From positions 17,298,001-17,362,000 of the forward strand of contig CM119380.1 in NCBI GenBank assembly GCA_051294905.1: 64,000 nucleotides of DNA, written 5' to 3'. Shown here one piece after another: positions 1 through 11,859 of the stretch. Within the stretch, counting starts at the first letter, position 1; every line of letters starts with the position of its first letter. Made by a program: the position numbers and the translations under genes. A model generated the notes under the pieces. That model was not told where the DNA came from and made no database searches. It saw only the letters and a program-made list of their open reading frames with translations. The DNA is from Botryllus schlosseri (lineage: Eukaryota).

Positions 1-1041
1 CTTGGCGCGAACCTGTTTAATGAATCGCAGTGTGATGTACACAATGCGATCAGATAAGCGGACACAATGTGAGACTTGTTACCTGTCACCGATAACGTAT
101 TAAAACTTCAACAAGCGTGGCTTCAAAATGAGGGCGAATGAATGTCATTTCTCAAATGAACTCGTAAACATTTACACAGGATCTTATGGATTTGTGATAG
201 CGATCTCAAAATCAATTTCAGGCGTACACTCGTACAGTATCTGAAGCTTTACACAACGTAATTCAATAGGGTAAAGTGCCAGGATTAAGCCTTTGAAGAT
301 GCCCGTTTGAAATCGCCATTCAAAAACAGTTGGTAGAACGTAGTCGCGAGCGAGTGCTCCTCTCAAACATATCAGCTTTGCTTATCGTATGCTCACAGTA
401 AAATTGATGATACCGAATCTAACTATGTGACAAAACATATCGTTTACCATCTCCCATTCCATCTACATGAAATCTAAAGTGTAACATCGTGTTATTGAAT
501 CCGATATCATAAGTTATGCACGCGGGATTAGATCATTACAACAAAGTTGTGATAAACAACTCATTCTTGTCGTCCATGTCTCAAACGCAGGGTAAATAGA
601 AGTTTGAAATGATATAATTGGTGTTGACAATAGCCGTATCCCTGGTATCCTACAATACATTTCATTCACATGTAAAATGCATTTCTGTACCCATTCCGCA
701 TCCATCTTCGCCAGTAATGTGGATTGAGCAAGTAGCTTATAGGGCTTTTTAAATTTTGGCATTGTTTCCCGTTATCATATAAATCTTGTTTCAACAACAG
801 ATTAGGAGGCATTTCGCTGTCGGACGGATCTTCATAAAACGCGAATGTATATAGGTTTTGACTTTGCGGCATAAACACGAGCTATATTTAAACGCGCAAC
901 CCACCGGAACTAACACCAATCGAGATGCAAGTTCAATATAAAATCATCACGCACCCTGATTACAAACCGTCGCTTCGATCGGTCTTATGAAATACACTAT
1001 CTCCCAACAAATGTTTTCACTGACTCTATACTTCGTTTCAG

Positions 1042-1259
1042 CTGTCGAAATTCGCATACTTCCGTGGCCGCACAGGGCATTCGGCCGGTACATTCGCTAC
1101 CCAGTCGAAATACTTCACAAATACAAGACAAACATCAGACTATCGCAAAGAGAATACATCCTGATGCCCAGTGCGTGTTACGGCAAATTGCAAGCCAACG
1201 ACGTATACTTTGTCATGGGACGCACTCGACCCAAAACGATCGCCAGCCGCCCTGGAATT
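1042..1259 (+). CDS. Penultimate exon of an NTR (netrin/C345C)-domain gene, ADAMTSL5-like paralog; 5' part lies outside the window
   Basis: Acceptor ttcgtttcag|CT (phase 1) and donor ATT|gtaagt (phase 0). Peptide AVEIRILPWPHRAFGRYIRYPVEILHKYKTNIRLSQREYILMPSACYGKLQANDVYFVMGR aligns without gaps to the exon at 12403-12605 (22/61 identical, hand count) and has the same phases. Confidence 0.88.
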
Positions 1260-1981
1260 GTAAGTATAATCCGCTGAGAATGTTCACGGACTATATGGAA
1301 AACAATATTTCCGCGTAAAACCGGTTCAAACACTCGATCACCCGTGCAAGAAAATATATTAGAACCACTTATCGGCGTGATCTTCAACTCGTATATAGGT
1401 CGAATTGGTTTATACTCGCAACAACGTATTTACCGTAAAATACCGTATTCGTTAATATGTCAATGAGAAAGCGGAGGAGACTGCAATATATTGTTCACAC
1501 CAGTGTTCTCCAGAAGTAACGTCGTAAAAAAGTAGATTTGATTAAGTGGGCGCATACAATTAGCAGTTAATCAGAGGCGGTTAATTTCGAAATCGAAAAT
1601 GCGTGCCCGCGACTAACGCAAAATGACTGACGGCTCTAAAAATTGCTGCAATCTTCGAAAATATATTGGGCCGTGATAAGCGGGCTATTTCCCACAAACA
1701 GCGCGACTATTTACAGGCATACGAGTGATTCAAACTACTTCATAGTTTTCAAAATTCAAGGTGTAAAAAGCATGTAGTATTTCCAGAAAAAAGAGTGGTA
1801 GTATTTGTGTGGATGTCGTCAAAGAACAAAGTATCTCGAGTAGGAAGCGCAATTTGGCGCAAAACTAGGAGTACTCCGTTGCTGACTACCTCTGCCAACC
1901 ATAGTGACCGGGGGATTTCACGAAATATTGAAAATATTGCTGAAAATATTCCGGAAAACTTAACCATTTCTTTTCTCCTAG

Positions 1982-2164
1982 GCATCGAACCGAGTCGCAG
2001 ACCGTTACCGCCGCGAATTCGTTCTGATCGGCCACACCGGCATCTCCCGCAACCTGTCCCACAAACTGCACTCCAGAATGGCGAAATTGTCGCGCCGCGC
2101 GAGGTGCAAAAGATACAAACACGTCCCTGCCAGGTTCGGTCGGAGAAGAACGAACGTCGGTTGA
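1982..2164 (+). CDS. Terminal exon of the plus-strand NTR-domain paralog
   Basis: Acceptor ttttctcctag|GCA (phase 0, matching the previous donor). Reads ASNRVADRYRREFVLIGHTGISRNLSHKLHSRMAKLSRRARCKRYKHVPARFGRRRTNVG*. RMAKLSRRARCKRYKH matches KMSRMTRRLNCRRYKY in the minus-strand gene's last exon. This frame is not the one shown in the ORF track. Confidence 0.82.
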   Translation, partial: ASNRVADRYRREFVLIGHTGISRNLSHKLHSRMAKLSRRARCKRYKHVPARFGRRRTNVG

Positions 2165-3610
2165 TGGGCGTTCTCGAAACTACATGCAAGCCGGGATTAT
2201 CTCATGAGATTTCCGCGCAAAAAACGTTTCGCTCGCTAGTGATGGCACGCTCTACGACCGGAGTCTAGACAGAAGCAGGCGTCTGCCTGGGGAAGACCAG
2301 AAGCCATCGACACACGCAGCGACTTGAGCCTGCCGACGTAGGCCTAGAATTCTTCTCGCGGTTTCTCGCTGTTGAACACAAGGAACAGTGAGATTATAAA
2401 ACCGCTCTGTCTGTGGTCACCATCTATCCAGCAGTTCAGCAGCAGCTGCCCTATTTTTTCAACCTTTTAAAAAAATCTAGAAACGTTATTTTCTGTTAAA
2501 AAAAGAAAGATTTATACAGTAACCGGTAGTCAAAATGATAAAATGACATAAATACAACACACTATAGACATGATAGCACTTAATTAGTTATTAGATATTC
2601 AGTTATTGTGATGGTTGAGCTTGTTTTTGCTCTGAAAATGTGGTAATTACTGGTTTGGTGGTGGATTGAGGTTAGGGACCCATACTATATACCATACTTG
2701 TCCTCCGGGAAACTTTATTTCTATCACTTGGACTATGTGACTTAGTGATTATATAGGGCGTATGTTATAGGTAATGTGTCTGCGTATAATTTGTAATTTC
2801 AATTGCGACTTGCCATCCTATAGTTATATATACATAGGCAACGACAATGCACGAACTGCGTTGGATACCTCTCATTCATACGGTCGAGTGACATTGATTG
2901 ATTATGCGACGGGCGTCTGATTTCGCTGTCGGATATTTCGTGGAGTGCAGTGTTAGATTAATAGATGGTATGTCCAATTGGGAGATATATGACGCGACTG
3001 CATGTGCTCGGTTCAGCGACAAAATGGGTATATATACATGCCGCCACAACGCCCGCCTCTTTGGAGGTCAGATATGTTTTTCAATTAGTTCTTTCAACTT
3101 GCTACTTCTATTCCGCCTATTTCTTGTATATATTGCACATCACTGCATATGTTTCATGCCGACTCTTTCGTTTAGTGGATCTTTCAGGTATGTTTCTGAC
3201 ATTTTCACGTTTCCTGGCCTTCCTCAAAATAAATCTATGCAAGCCATGAACTCGCGAATGATTGAGAGTCAGGAGATGTTAAGACGTATTGAAGGCAGGG
3301 TGTGCGCCGTACGCACTACGCATATTGCAGCAGGACAGTGGACAGTTGACAGTGGACCCTGTCTTCAATACTTGACCCTTATTATAGTATAATAAGTGCT
3401 GTGGTCACCCGTACGACTGGATTGTAAAGTTAAAGTGCTTTGTGAAATCTGGGAGGCACGTATTACCATGCCCACAGTCCCAAAAAGATGGCAGAGTTGC
3501 GCTCCGCTATTGACTGAAAAATGGCTTATCGGTGCAAGCATGCCAAATGCCAATACACATGCCGCATATACAATATACATAGTTTACTTGATATCATGTA
3601 CTGTACAGAC

Positions 3611-4895
3611 TAGGGTTGGATTATCCGGATAACGGTTAACCGGTTAACCGGTTAACCGGAGGTATTTTCACTATCTGATATCCGGATATTTTTCTGCCGG
3701 TTAACCGGATAAAAAAGAATCGCTGCTAATGCATTTTACACGTTTTAGTAAGCTTCAATAAGTCGTATTCAGTGTTGGCGCGGCCGATTTACGAGAAGCG
3801 TGTTGCCAGTTAGCGAGATGCGTCTGTACACATTGCACAATGTAATGTGACGCGATCTCCTGCTGAGAAGATCGTTAAATTAGGTCATTGATTGCCGCGC
3901 GCTCGGCTATCGTGTCTGGCCTGATTTATCGCGTCTTCAACAAGCCGATAGTTCCACTGGATTGAAGAATCGCATCTGCAATAGGCCATGTGCAGTGTAC
4001 ACACTATTCCATCGCTGGCCTGCACTATCGCATCTTCATTGGCTTGGTGCTCACGATATTATCGTTGACCTACACAATCGCATCTGCAATAGGCCTACGA
4101 ACGATATAATCGCTGGCCTAACCATCTCGGACCCAGCATGCATTGGCTCCTATCTCTCGATGGCTTGTTGACGATATGCCGTTAAGTGTATTCTAATTAG
4201 CGATTCTGAGAGTGACACCGCGAAACTGAATGACATCGAATGTTCGCAAAAATGTGCGTGCGTGCAAGCATAATTGATTTCCGCTGATGATTAATTCGAA
4301 AAAAAAAATCGAAACCCCCTGATTTTATTTCAATCCCCCTACATTTTCGGCTGGCTGCGTGCCTGATCACGTGAATTAGAGCGAGGTATCATGTCGGCAT
4401 CAATTCCAGTATCAGCTAGTCGTCCTTCTAGTACTGCAAACCTAAACATAAGGATGTAAAGCCGTTGAAGTTTCCGGCGTACGACCTGCCAACCTTTTGA
4501 CTCTCTACGAAGCGCTGCTTTCTATTCAGCCCACTTCTGTGGAAGCTGAAAAAGCATTCAATGAACGTGAACTCTTTGTTACAAAATTCCGGTCCCGGCT
4601 ACAGGATCCCACAATTGATGCATCTGTGCTTTATAAAGAGGGCATTGCAGAAGCAGTGAACATTAAATTTGCGTGGTTTTTCTCGTATTCGCTCATACTG
4701 CGCGCGTATATAGGTAGGCCTACTCTACAATAACACTGTGTAATGATTTTGAGATCCGTTTTACATGCAGACCTAATGAAATCGATTGTCTCACTTAGCA
4801 GTTATTATCCGGTTAACCGGTTAGATAAATTCCAAAATATCCGGATATATCCGTTATCCGGATAGTGAAAATTATTGATATCCGAACTAACCCTA
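3611..4895 (+). mobile_element. hAT deletion derivative (1285 bp) retaining a transposase C-terminal fragment
   Basis: TAGGGTT...AACCCTA termini, perfect 8-bp TSD GTACAGAC (3603-3610 / 4896-4903), and subterminal CCGGTTAA/ATCCGGATA repeats. Confidence 0.9.
4467..4640 (+). pseudogene. hAT transposase C-terminal dimerisation-domain remnant
   Basis: EVSGVRPANLLTLYEALLSIQPTSVEAEKAFNERELFVTKFRSRLQDPTIDA matches the hAT motif LSIxPTSVExERAFS...RSRL. Confidence 0.8.
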
Positions 4896-5433
4896 GTACA
4901 GACCTATGAACCCAGGAATCAACGAAATAATGTTGCCTCATATCCATACTTTAAAGTCACACCATCGATATCAGCAACTCAATTAGGCCTTGTAATACGA
5001 CAGGTTATGTACAGTACACGGAATTAGAATTACTATGAAAGCCGGGCCATCTCTTTATCCGCCAGTCTTGTACGAGAGGTGTATAGACACTCAAACTAAT
5101 TCCAACAACAAATAAGCTGGTCAAACAATGCATTAAATAAAACTACAACCACAAATTTAGGCGCGGCAAAGAATCGGCTATGTGCCGCATCTTAGGAACG
5201 TATGCGGTTAACCTATGACGAGACCTGATGCAGGATATTATATATCAGTGGTTTTGCGAGATGCCAGCGCGATCAAAATTTGCGGTTTATAGGCGTCTGT
5301 GTCTCGCAACTAGGGCTGGGCACAATGATTCAAGTATACTCGAATAAAGTTGATTAAACAACGAGAATATTAATTCGATACTATTGTCCACTGTAGAAGC
5401 CTTGAAACCTTGCTTGGCCGCATTGCACCAAAC

Positions 5434-6132
5434 CAGGGGTGACCAACCGTTCCAGCCAAAGGGCCACATTCGATTGACGATTATTGTGCGGGCCACTAGC
5501 CGCGCGAAGCGCGAAAATTTCTCGAAGTTCATAGGCCAATAATATTGTCACTTGACTTTATTGCGGGCCCGCTGTATATCGCTGGGCTCAGTTTGCAAGG
5601 ACTGGACTATTCGGCGCCTGAACAATGGACAATGGACATATCGATATCGAAATCATTCTATGACTAGGTTTCATAGTCGACGGTCTTTCTGCGAGCGCAA
5701 AAGCAAGGTCGCATATGTTGAACGACACTTTCTCTCGTAATCGCGAATATAGTTAGACTCTGATACATTTGGCGTTCTCTAATTTTTTACAAAGGGGTAA
5801 CAAAATTAAAAGCAAGAAGTCGAGTGACAACATGTTGCGCGAAGCGTGTAGAAATAAATCTATCGCAAATTATTCTACTTTATTGTAGTGTACGGAGATC
5901 TACCAAAATTTGACTGGCTCATGGATCTGCCAATGCGTCGGAACTGATATTTTAGTCATCACATCTTTAGTGTTGCGTCCAGACTAATCGAATTTTTGGT
6001 CGGCCTTGCAAGTTCACAATCTGTGCAATCCATTTTTGATAATATTATTAATTTCAGAAATTACCTCGCGGGCCACTCAAAACCTTCTCGCGGTCCACAT
6101 GTGGCCCGCGGGCCACGGGTTGGCCGGCTCTG
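5434..6132. mobile_element. hAT (CAG-ended) MITE, 699 bp
   Basis: Imperfect TIR CAGGGGTGACCAACC / GGTTGGCCGGCTCTG and perfect TSD CACCAAAC (5426-5433 / 6133-6140). Related to 20542-21409. Confidence 0.88.
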
Positions 6133-6635
6133 CACCAAACGAAACGTTAGGTTAAGAGCTACGAACGTTACTGGAAATAACACATTTCCCAAGTCATGAT
6201 CATCCCACAATATTAAGGCAAGGTTTTGAAACTTTTGCAATTTTTTTTACAGCTCCCGGCAGCTCCCTAAATACTCGTAAGATATGTAGAATGCTGTTTT
6301 AAGCTGTTGGAAGGAATCCTATAGTGCAACTTTTGTCCATTTTTTATGCAACTTTTTGCAACATTTTGCAACTTTTTCGATTTTCCATGAAAGTATTTTT
6401 GATTTTGGTGAAATACACGGCCAAATTCGACTGAAATACCGTAAATCAGCACTGAAGTAACGCTCTTACGGGCATTTCGGGAGCTGAGCTGGAAAGTTGA
6501 CCTTTTTTTTAGTGGAGCTGGGAAGTTGACCATTTTTTTAGTCAACCGAGCAAACTGTGGTCTTTTAGTGCAACTTTTGTCAAAAATAAATGCAACTTTT
6601 CACGGATTTAACTGCAACAAAAACTTGCCCTAGTC

Positions 6636-7278
6636 CAAGGGTCGTCAACTCAAAACGGGTCGCGGGCCACTTTTCAAATTTCTTAGCGGCCGCGGGCCGC
6701 ATGAATTCAATATCGATATAAAGCAGGCAACGACGTTTTAAAACTCTACGTCAGTACCACGCTGTGCTACCTAACATAGGCGATGGGCATAGTGACCACA
6801 AAAGAATTAATATTTTGTTAAAGGAATAAAAATACAACAAAAGATCACTGTCATCAATTTCGTGTTATTTTGAATTCTGAGCTGTGCATGATACATGGAA
6901 ACGCTTTTTGAGGCTAGCGAGATACGTTAATAGCTGAAAGACCATCTCCACGTAAAGCTTGATCTTTTGGGGAGGCCGTAAGCCAGTGGCTCTCAAACCT
7001 TTTTAGACATGCCCCCCTTTACGATACTGAAAAATGACGCTCCCCCCTTATCGTCATATCACAAAATACATCCATAATGCTAGCAATCCCAACGGATAGT
7101 TTAATGGCATGGATGATTATGAATGTTGATGAGAAAATTCTATAATATGAATTTGGGACTATACAGATGCACAGAGCAATAGCTATAACTATGAATTCGA
7201 GGTAAATCGCGCCGAGCGCGAAAAAAAATTCAGTTGACCGCCGCATGCGGCCCGCGGGCCGCGAGTTGGTGACCCCCG
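6636..7278. mobile_element. Composite hAT MITE, 643 bp
   Basis: Termini CAAGGGTCGTCAACTC / GAGTTGGTGACCCCCG and perfect TSD CCCTAGTC (6628-6635 / 7279-7286). Positions ~6984-7240 resemble the element at 47940-48245. Confidence 0.85.
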
Positions 7279-9220
7279 CCCTAGTCATTATATTGTGTGT
7301 GGTGGCATGAAAGGTACATATTTCAACTTTGACTTATAACATTCTGTTATGAGGTCATAAAGAGTGATACTCGAATACTCGACTTTAAGTATATTTCGTG
7401 ATTCAAAATCGAATCGCTCAGGTACTCGATTTTGCCCAGCCCTTCTCGCAACCCACGCCTCACTCATCGAAAAAATGCATTTTAAATGTAACGCCATTTG
7501 TTTCCTGGGGAATAAATGGCGACAATTACTTGTATTAAGCTCCACTCTTTACAGCTCCAATAAATGTATTACGAAAAGAATTGATTCGGCGTGATTGATC
7601 CCACTGAAATTCCTCCTCTTGCATTGATGCCCAATGGCAATTTTTTATGGTCAGGTCATGTCTGCGCCGGACGCTTCTTGGCTAGTAGCGATCGAAGTGG
7701 ACTTAAAAATATACAAAGATCGCGCGGACCGCTCAAAATGTATTTGAATAATATATTAATTGCACTAAATCCGAAAATGTTACGTAAATCGAACTATCCA
7801 TTTAGTGCGGCATATACAATACTGGTACCTGAGAACGACTGTTCTGTGCAGTATACTCTGACGGCCTACTACGGAATTTCCACGTACTGAGATTTGAATG
7901 CTATACTGACTAGACTTGACTTTCGATTTGAATATCAATATCAAGGGACAACACCGACCCGAAAGCCCATTTCTAGAGCAGCTGAAAGTGAAACAACATT
8001 TGTATTATCGAGGTCCAAGATACCCATCAGATTAACCGATATCAGCCTATCATACTATAATAAAAAAGTCTCTGACATATGAAAGCTGTTGATATGAAGC
8101 CGATTTGAAATTTCATCAGTCTAAATGTTAATATACTGTACAGATGTACTAATTTATACCACCACCAAATGATATCCCTTGAACTCAAAAAGAATTCCTC
8201 GAAAATCATAGGATTTACTCCGATGCTGATGTTTGATGGATTGTGCTTTAACCAATCATTCCGTCAGAGTCGTAAATTAGTCAAAATAACATGTATCAAT
8301 GTAGGCACATATCACAAATCGGTTTCTCGGACTGATAATTACCAGAACCTAAACACATACTCTAAATTCCGGCCAACAATTACTGTCTAACAATCCTAGA
8401 TCGCCACATGGAGATAGGGTAATTTTGCCTGGTTTCCAGCTGGGTTGTTAGCGATTGGCACGGCTTAATTTTAAACAAACGATGTGACGCGACGGTTTGC
8501 AATCAGGAGATCTGCAAAAAGCAGAGACGAACGAGTCAGCACAGTACCTTTGCCAATTTAGTTTGTTGCTACTTCACCCCAGACATATACAATATACATG
8601 TGTAATCATAAGTAATTTCTGTGCTGTAGTAACTACTCATTATCACTCTCAACATCACAATAGGTTTTCACTTTTTGTAAGCAATTAGCTCAGGAGAGAG
8701 ATGATGGGGATAATAAAAACGATATAAGAGGTCCTTGAACTCATTTGTGCCTTATAGTCCCTAAAATCCTTCGAAAACTATATCACGCACTTGTGCTGCT
8801 GACGTCACCGTATCTATTTCTAATCACAAGCAATGCATTTTAATTATTTTTGGGATGCCCTTGAAAAAATGCCAGCAAATGGATGGATATTTAAATTCAA
8901 GAGAGAGGCTTGTCAAAAAGAAATGCTAAATCAAAATCTAAATTTTTCCGGGGTTTATACAGCGTAATTTATCTCCCTTTCCCCATCCTAAATGACAAAG
9001 CTCCATCTACAGATAAGAGAATATGCGGTCAAACCTTTGCTAGCACCAGGTCTGATGGCTCAGTTGACCAACGCAGAGTGAATACATGAAGAGAATTATA
9101 CATAGTGACAAATTGCACTACTGCATGGAATTTTGCGGTCACGTGATTACACCTATATAGATGTTAGATTACACTGTCACCGGCGAGGTATTTTCGACGC
9201 AACTCGTATTGGCCCCAACC

Positions 9221-9949
9221 CAGGGGTGTCAAACTCAACTTGCGTCGGGGGCCAGATTTAAACCTTCAGATCGCCCGCGGGCCGGACCAACATGTTACCT
9301 CAAAATCCATGCCCTTGTTTTTCATTGAATACTTTATTATCAAGCCTATGTTATATTACATTATATCACGGACCATAGTTGTTCAATTCCAGCAACCCCT
9401 TTATTCGCAAACAACAGAATTGCCAAAAGAAATACGATGATCGGTCATTTGAATAACGACATATATCTTTAAATCGCGATTCGGGTTTCTGTGGAGGCCG
9501 GGACCTTTTGATAGAGAATTTATACAGCAGTGCGACAACAGATTTATTCTGCCGGGCAACTATATAATTTTCTATATGTATTTTGCATATAACGGTTTCG
9601 CATAGGTGTTTTCGCCTCTGTAAATAATTAGGCTTTGGTCCATTAGTCCGGAACACTCAGTGCGTGCACTTTTATGCCTTCTCGGAATTGGGTGTCAACG
9701 ATTTGTTCCAAATAGCAACTAGAGTGAAACCACAAGTCCTCTGTCTGATGGTCATAATGTCGCCTACCACGTACAATGAACAGACTCGACATTTACTCGA
9801 TTGCGGGATTATATAATGGAAGTATTTCTTACTAAAAATCTAAGCATTTGTTTGAAATATACTGGATCTACTCAGATTTGCCTTGTGGGCCGGATGAAAT
9901 CGTCTGGCGGGCTGGATGAGGCCCGCGCGCAGTATGTTTGACACCCCTG
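9221..9949. mobile_element. hAT (CAG-ended) MITE, 729 bp
   Basis: Perfect 14-bp TIR CAGGGGTGTCAAAC. The TSD is degenerate (CCCCAACC / TCATAACC, 5/8). Confidence 0.75.
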
Positions 9950-11211
9950 TCATAACCCAGATGTATGCTGAAAATGACTGCCCATTGTAGTCATTACGAT
10001 ATGAGGTGATGTGAAAATCATACAATCAATACTATCTCATCCAATCCAAATATTTCAAAATTGAAGAAACATAGAACCCTACAAAACCCTCTTATATAAA
10101 CCAATACAACATCACTGAAAGATATGTTACCAGGGTGCCATGCCACTACAGAAATACAAAAGCGAGGATATGCCACAACAGCGATTAAAATGCTTTGTAT
10201 GACAGCCGTTGCCTAAACCGTTATAGTATGGACAGCAACACGGGCTAGGCTGTCAATGATCTTATTTTGGCATCCTTCCATTGCAACTCTCAGCAGTCTT
10301 CAACGCATACAAGAATGAAGGTGCATAGTTTATTTTCGACCGAAAATGGCAACAAAGGCTGGAATGGAAGATAGCCCGCTTGATAGAATTCGTTCATAAT
10401 GATACAGTACAAACTAGAGAGATAAGACATACAATCGAACAGTAATGTGTTTGCGATAATGCTATGAATGCCCATAGCCCATAGGCCCTACTAGGTGTCC
10501 GCATAAAATGTGATGTCTTGTCGATACCAGACAAAACCCTATTACACAAATCTTCATCCACCATTCCGTCTCCAAAGATATTCAAAAGCTGCGTATCAAT
10601 ACGCATGTTAGGAACACCATATCGAGTGGCGTACATCAGCGAATGAAATATCTATGAGCCACTAGACTTTCACATATAAGCATATAAAAAGTCACATGTG
10701 TTCAGTCCCGATGTATTTGGGTGAAGCGTTGATAAAATACTTGAGAAATATTTTATACAATAGGTTGAACACGCATTGAAGATGACAATAACGTTCTCAA
10801 ATAACAAAGTGGTTGTGGAAATATATGCGGACGATATTTTACCAGATCGGCTATGGCCGCCGTCAATACGAAAATCGGTAGACATTCACAGATTGAGAAC
10901 GGACATGGTATTGCTGCCGTATTACAACAACTCGTTTCTTGCACCACGGGACAGTAATACTACTAGATTGACCCTAAGAGTATATCTTCTGCTGCAAAAT
11001 CGTTGAGGCTGCAAAAACGGACTTGAATTATTATGCACTGGGAATATACGAACATCAACGCAAATGAGCCGCGTTCATAGCCACTTTAAACACGGCCTAC
11101 GAAACCGTAAAAAGCAATAAAAATAGATATATAAAGTCGCAGGAAACATCAGGTAAATACTTTCGACGTCATGTAGTCTGCGACTGACCGCTGATACGCA
11201 ACGATCCCGCT

Positions 11212-11217
11212 TTTATT
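11212..11217 (-). promoter_or_regulatory. Candidate polyadenylation signal of the ADAMTSL5-like gene
   Basis: First AATAAA I found downstream of the stop codon at 11671 (~450 nt 3'UTR). Motif only. Confidence 0.35.
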
Positions 11218-11670
11218 TCGTTAAAAAAAGTGAGCCCCAGTAACGTAGACATGTTATTATCTATTTTGATTTCACGCGTGGTTGCAAAATGAAGATAAAT
11301 AGGACCAGGCTTTGGCATGTGTCGGCTTCTTTTGATCAACGTGGATTTACGAATATATCGAAAACGAAGGCGAGGTCTGCATGGTCAAATTTTTCCGGCA
11401 GTGAGAAGAAATATCGATACGATACCGCGTCGACGTATAATACACTCGTACGGCGATGCTAAATTAGCATGCACATTGCACAATGTGCACTTGTACGCCT
11501 ATGCTATTCTATGCTACCGTAAGCTTAGTAGCTGCATTGAAGACAACTGAGTGTTACACAAACGCGCATTTGACACGGTCGCTTTGGCGCGGTAGCTTTG
11601 AGAAGTGACAGAACGTCGTATGCGTATAGCTAACGCTGGACACCGTCGGCATGTCGAATGCCCGTTCGCT

Positions 11671-11859
11671 TTATCGCTGCGTTCTCATCGCCCGCCTCCT
11701 GTGAATTCTCGCCATGTAATACTTGTATCTTCTGCAGTTCAATCTCCTGGTCATCCTGCTCATTTTATAGTGTTGCTTGAACCACGAGTACCAATAGGTG
11801 ATTTGATTCACTACGAAAGGCGACTTGTATATTTTTCGCTTCGCGTCGGTTACCACGGC
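11671..11859 (-). CDS. ADAMTSL5: ADAMTSL5-like coding exon 13 (NTR C-terminus, stop)
   Basis: Acceptor tgtttcag|GCC. Reads AVVTDAKRKIYKSPFVVNQITYWYSWFKQHYKMSRMTRRLNCRRYKYYMARIHRRRAMRTQR*. Confidence 0.85.
   Translation of the reverse strand, partial: AVVTDAKRKIYKSPFVVNQITYWYSWFKQHYKMSRMTRRLNCRRYKYYMARIHRRRAMRTQR

Noticed and set aside
1795-2268. 157-aa plus-strand ORF (and the 146-aa antisense ORF)
   Set aside because: Wrong frame or shadow of the real terminal exon at 1982-2164. It extends through intron sequence.
4280-4310. CTGATGA...CGAAA hammerhead-like string (also at ~23992)
   Set aside because: No G10.1-C11.1 pair, no stem I and no NUH site.
10026-10660. Hydrophobic minus-strand frames, and a plus-strand LLHK...KIFK stretch resembling a LINE RT motif
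   Set aside because: Multiple stops, no flanking RT motifs or splice-consistent structure. Similarity is at chance level by eye.
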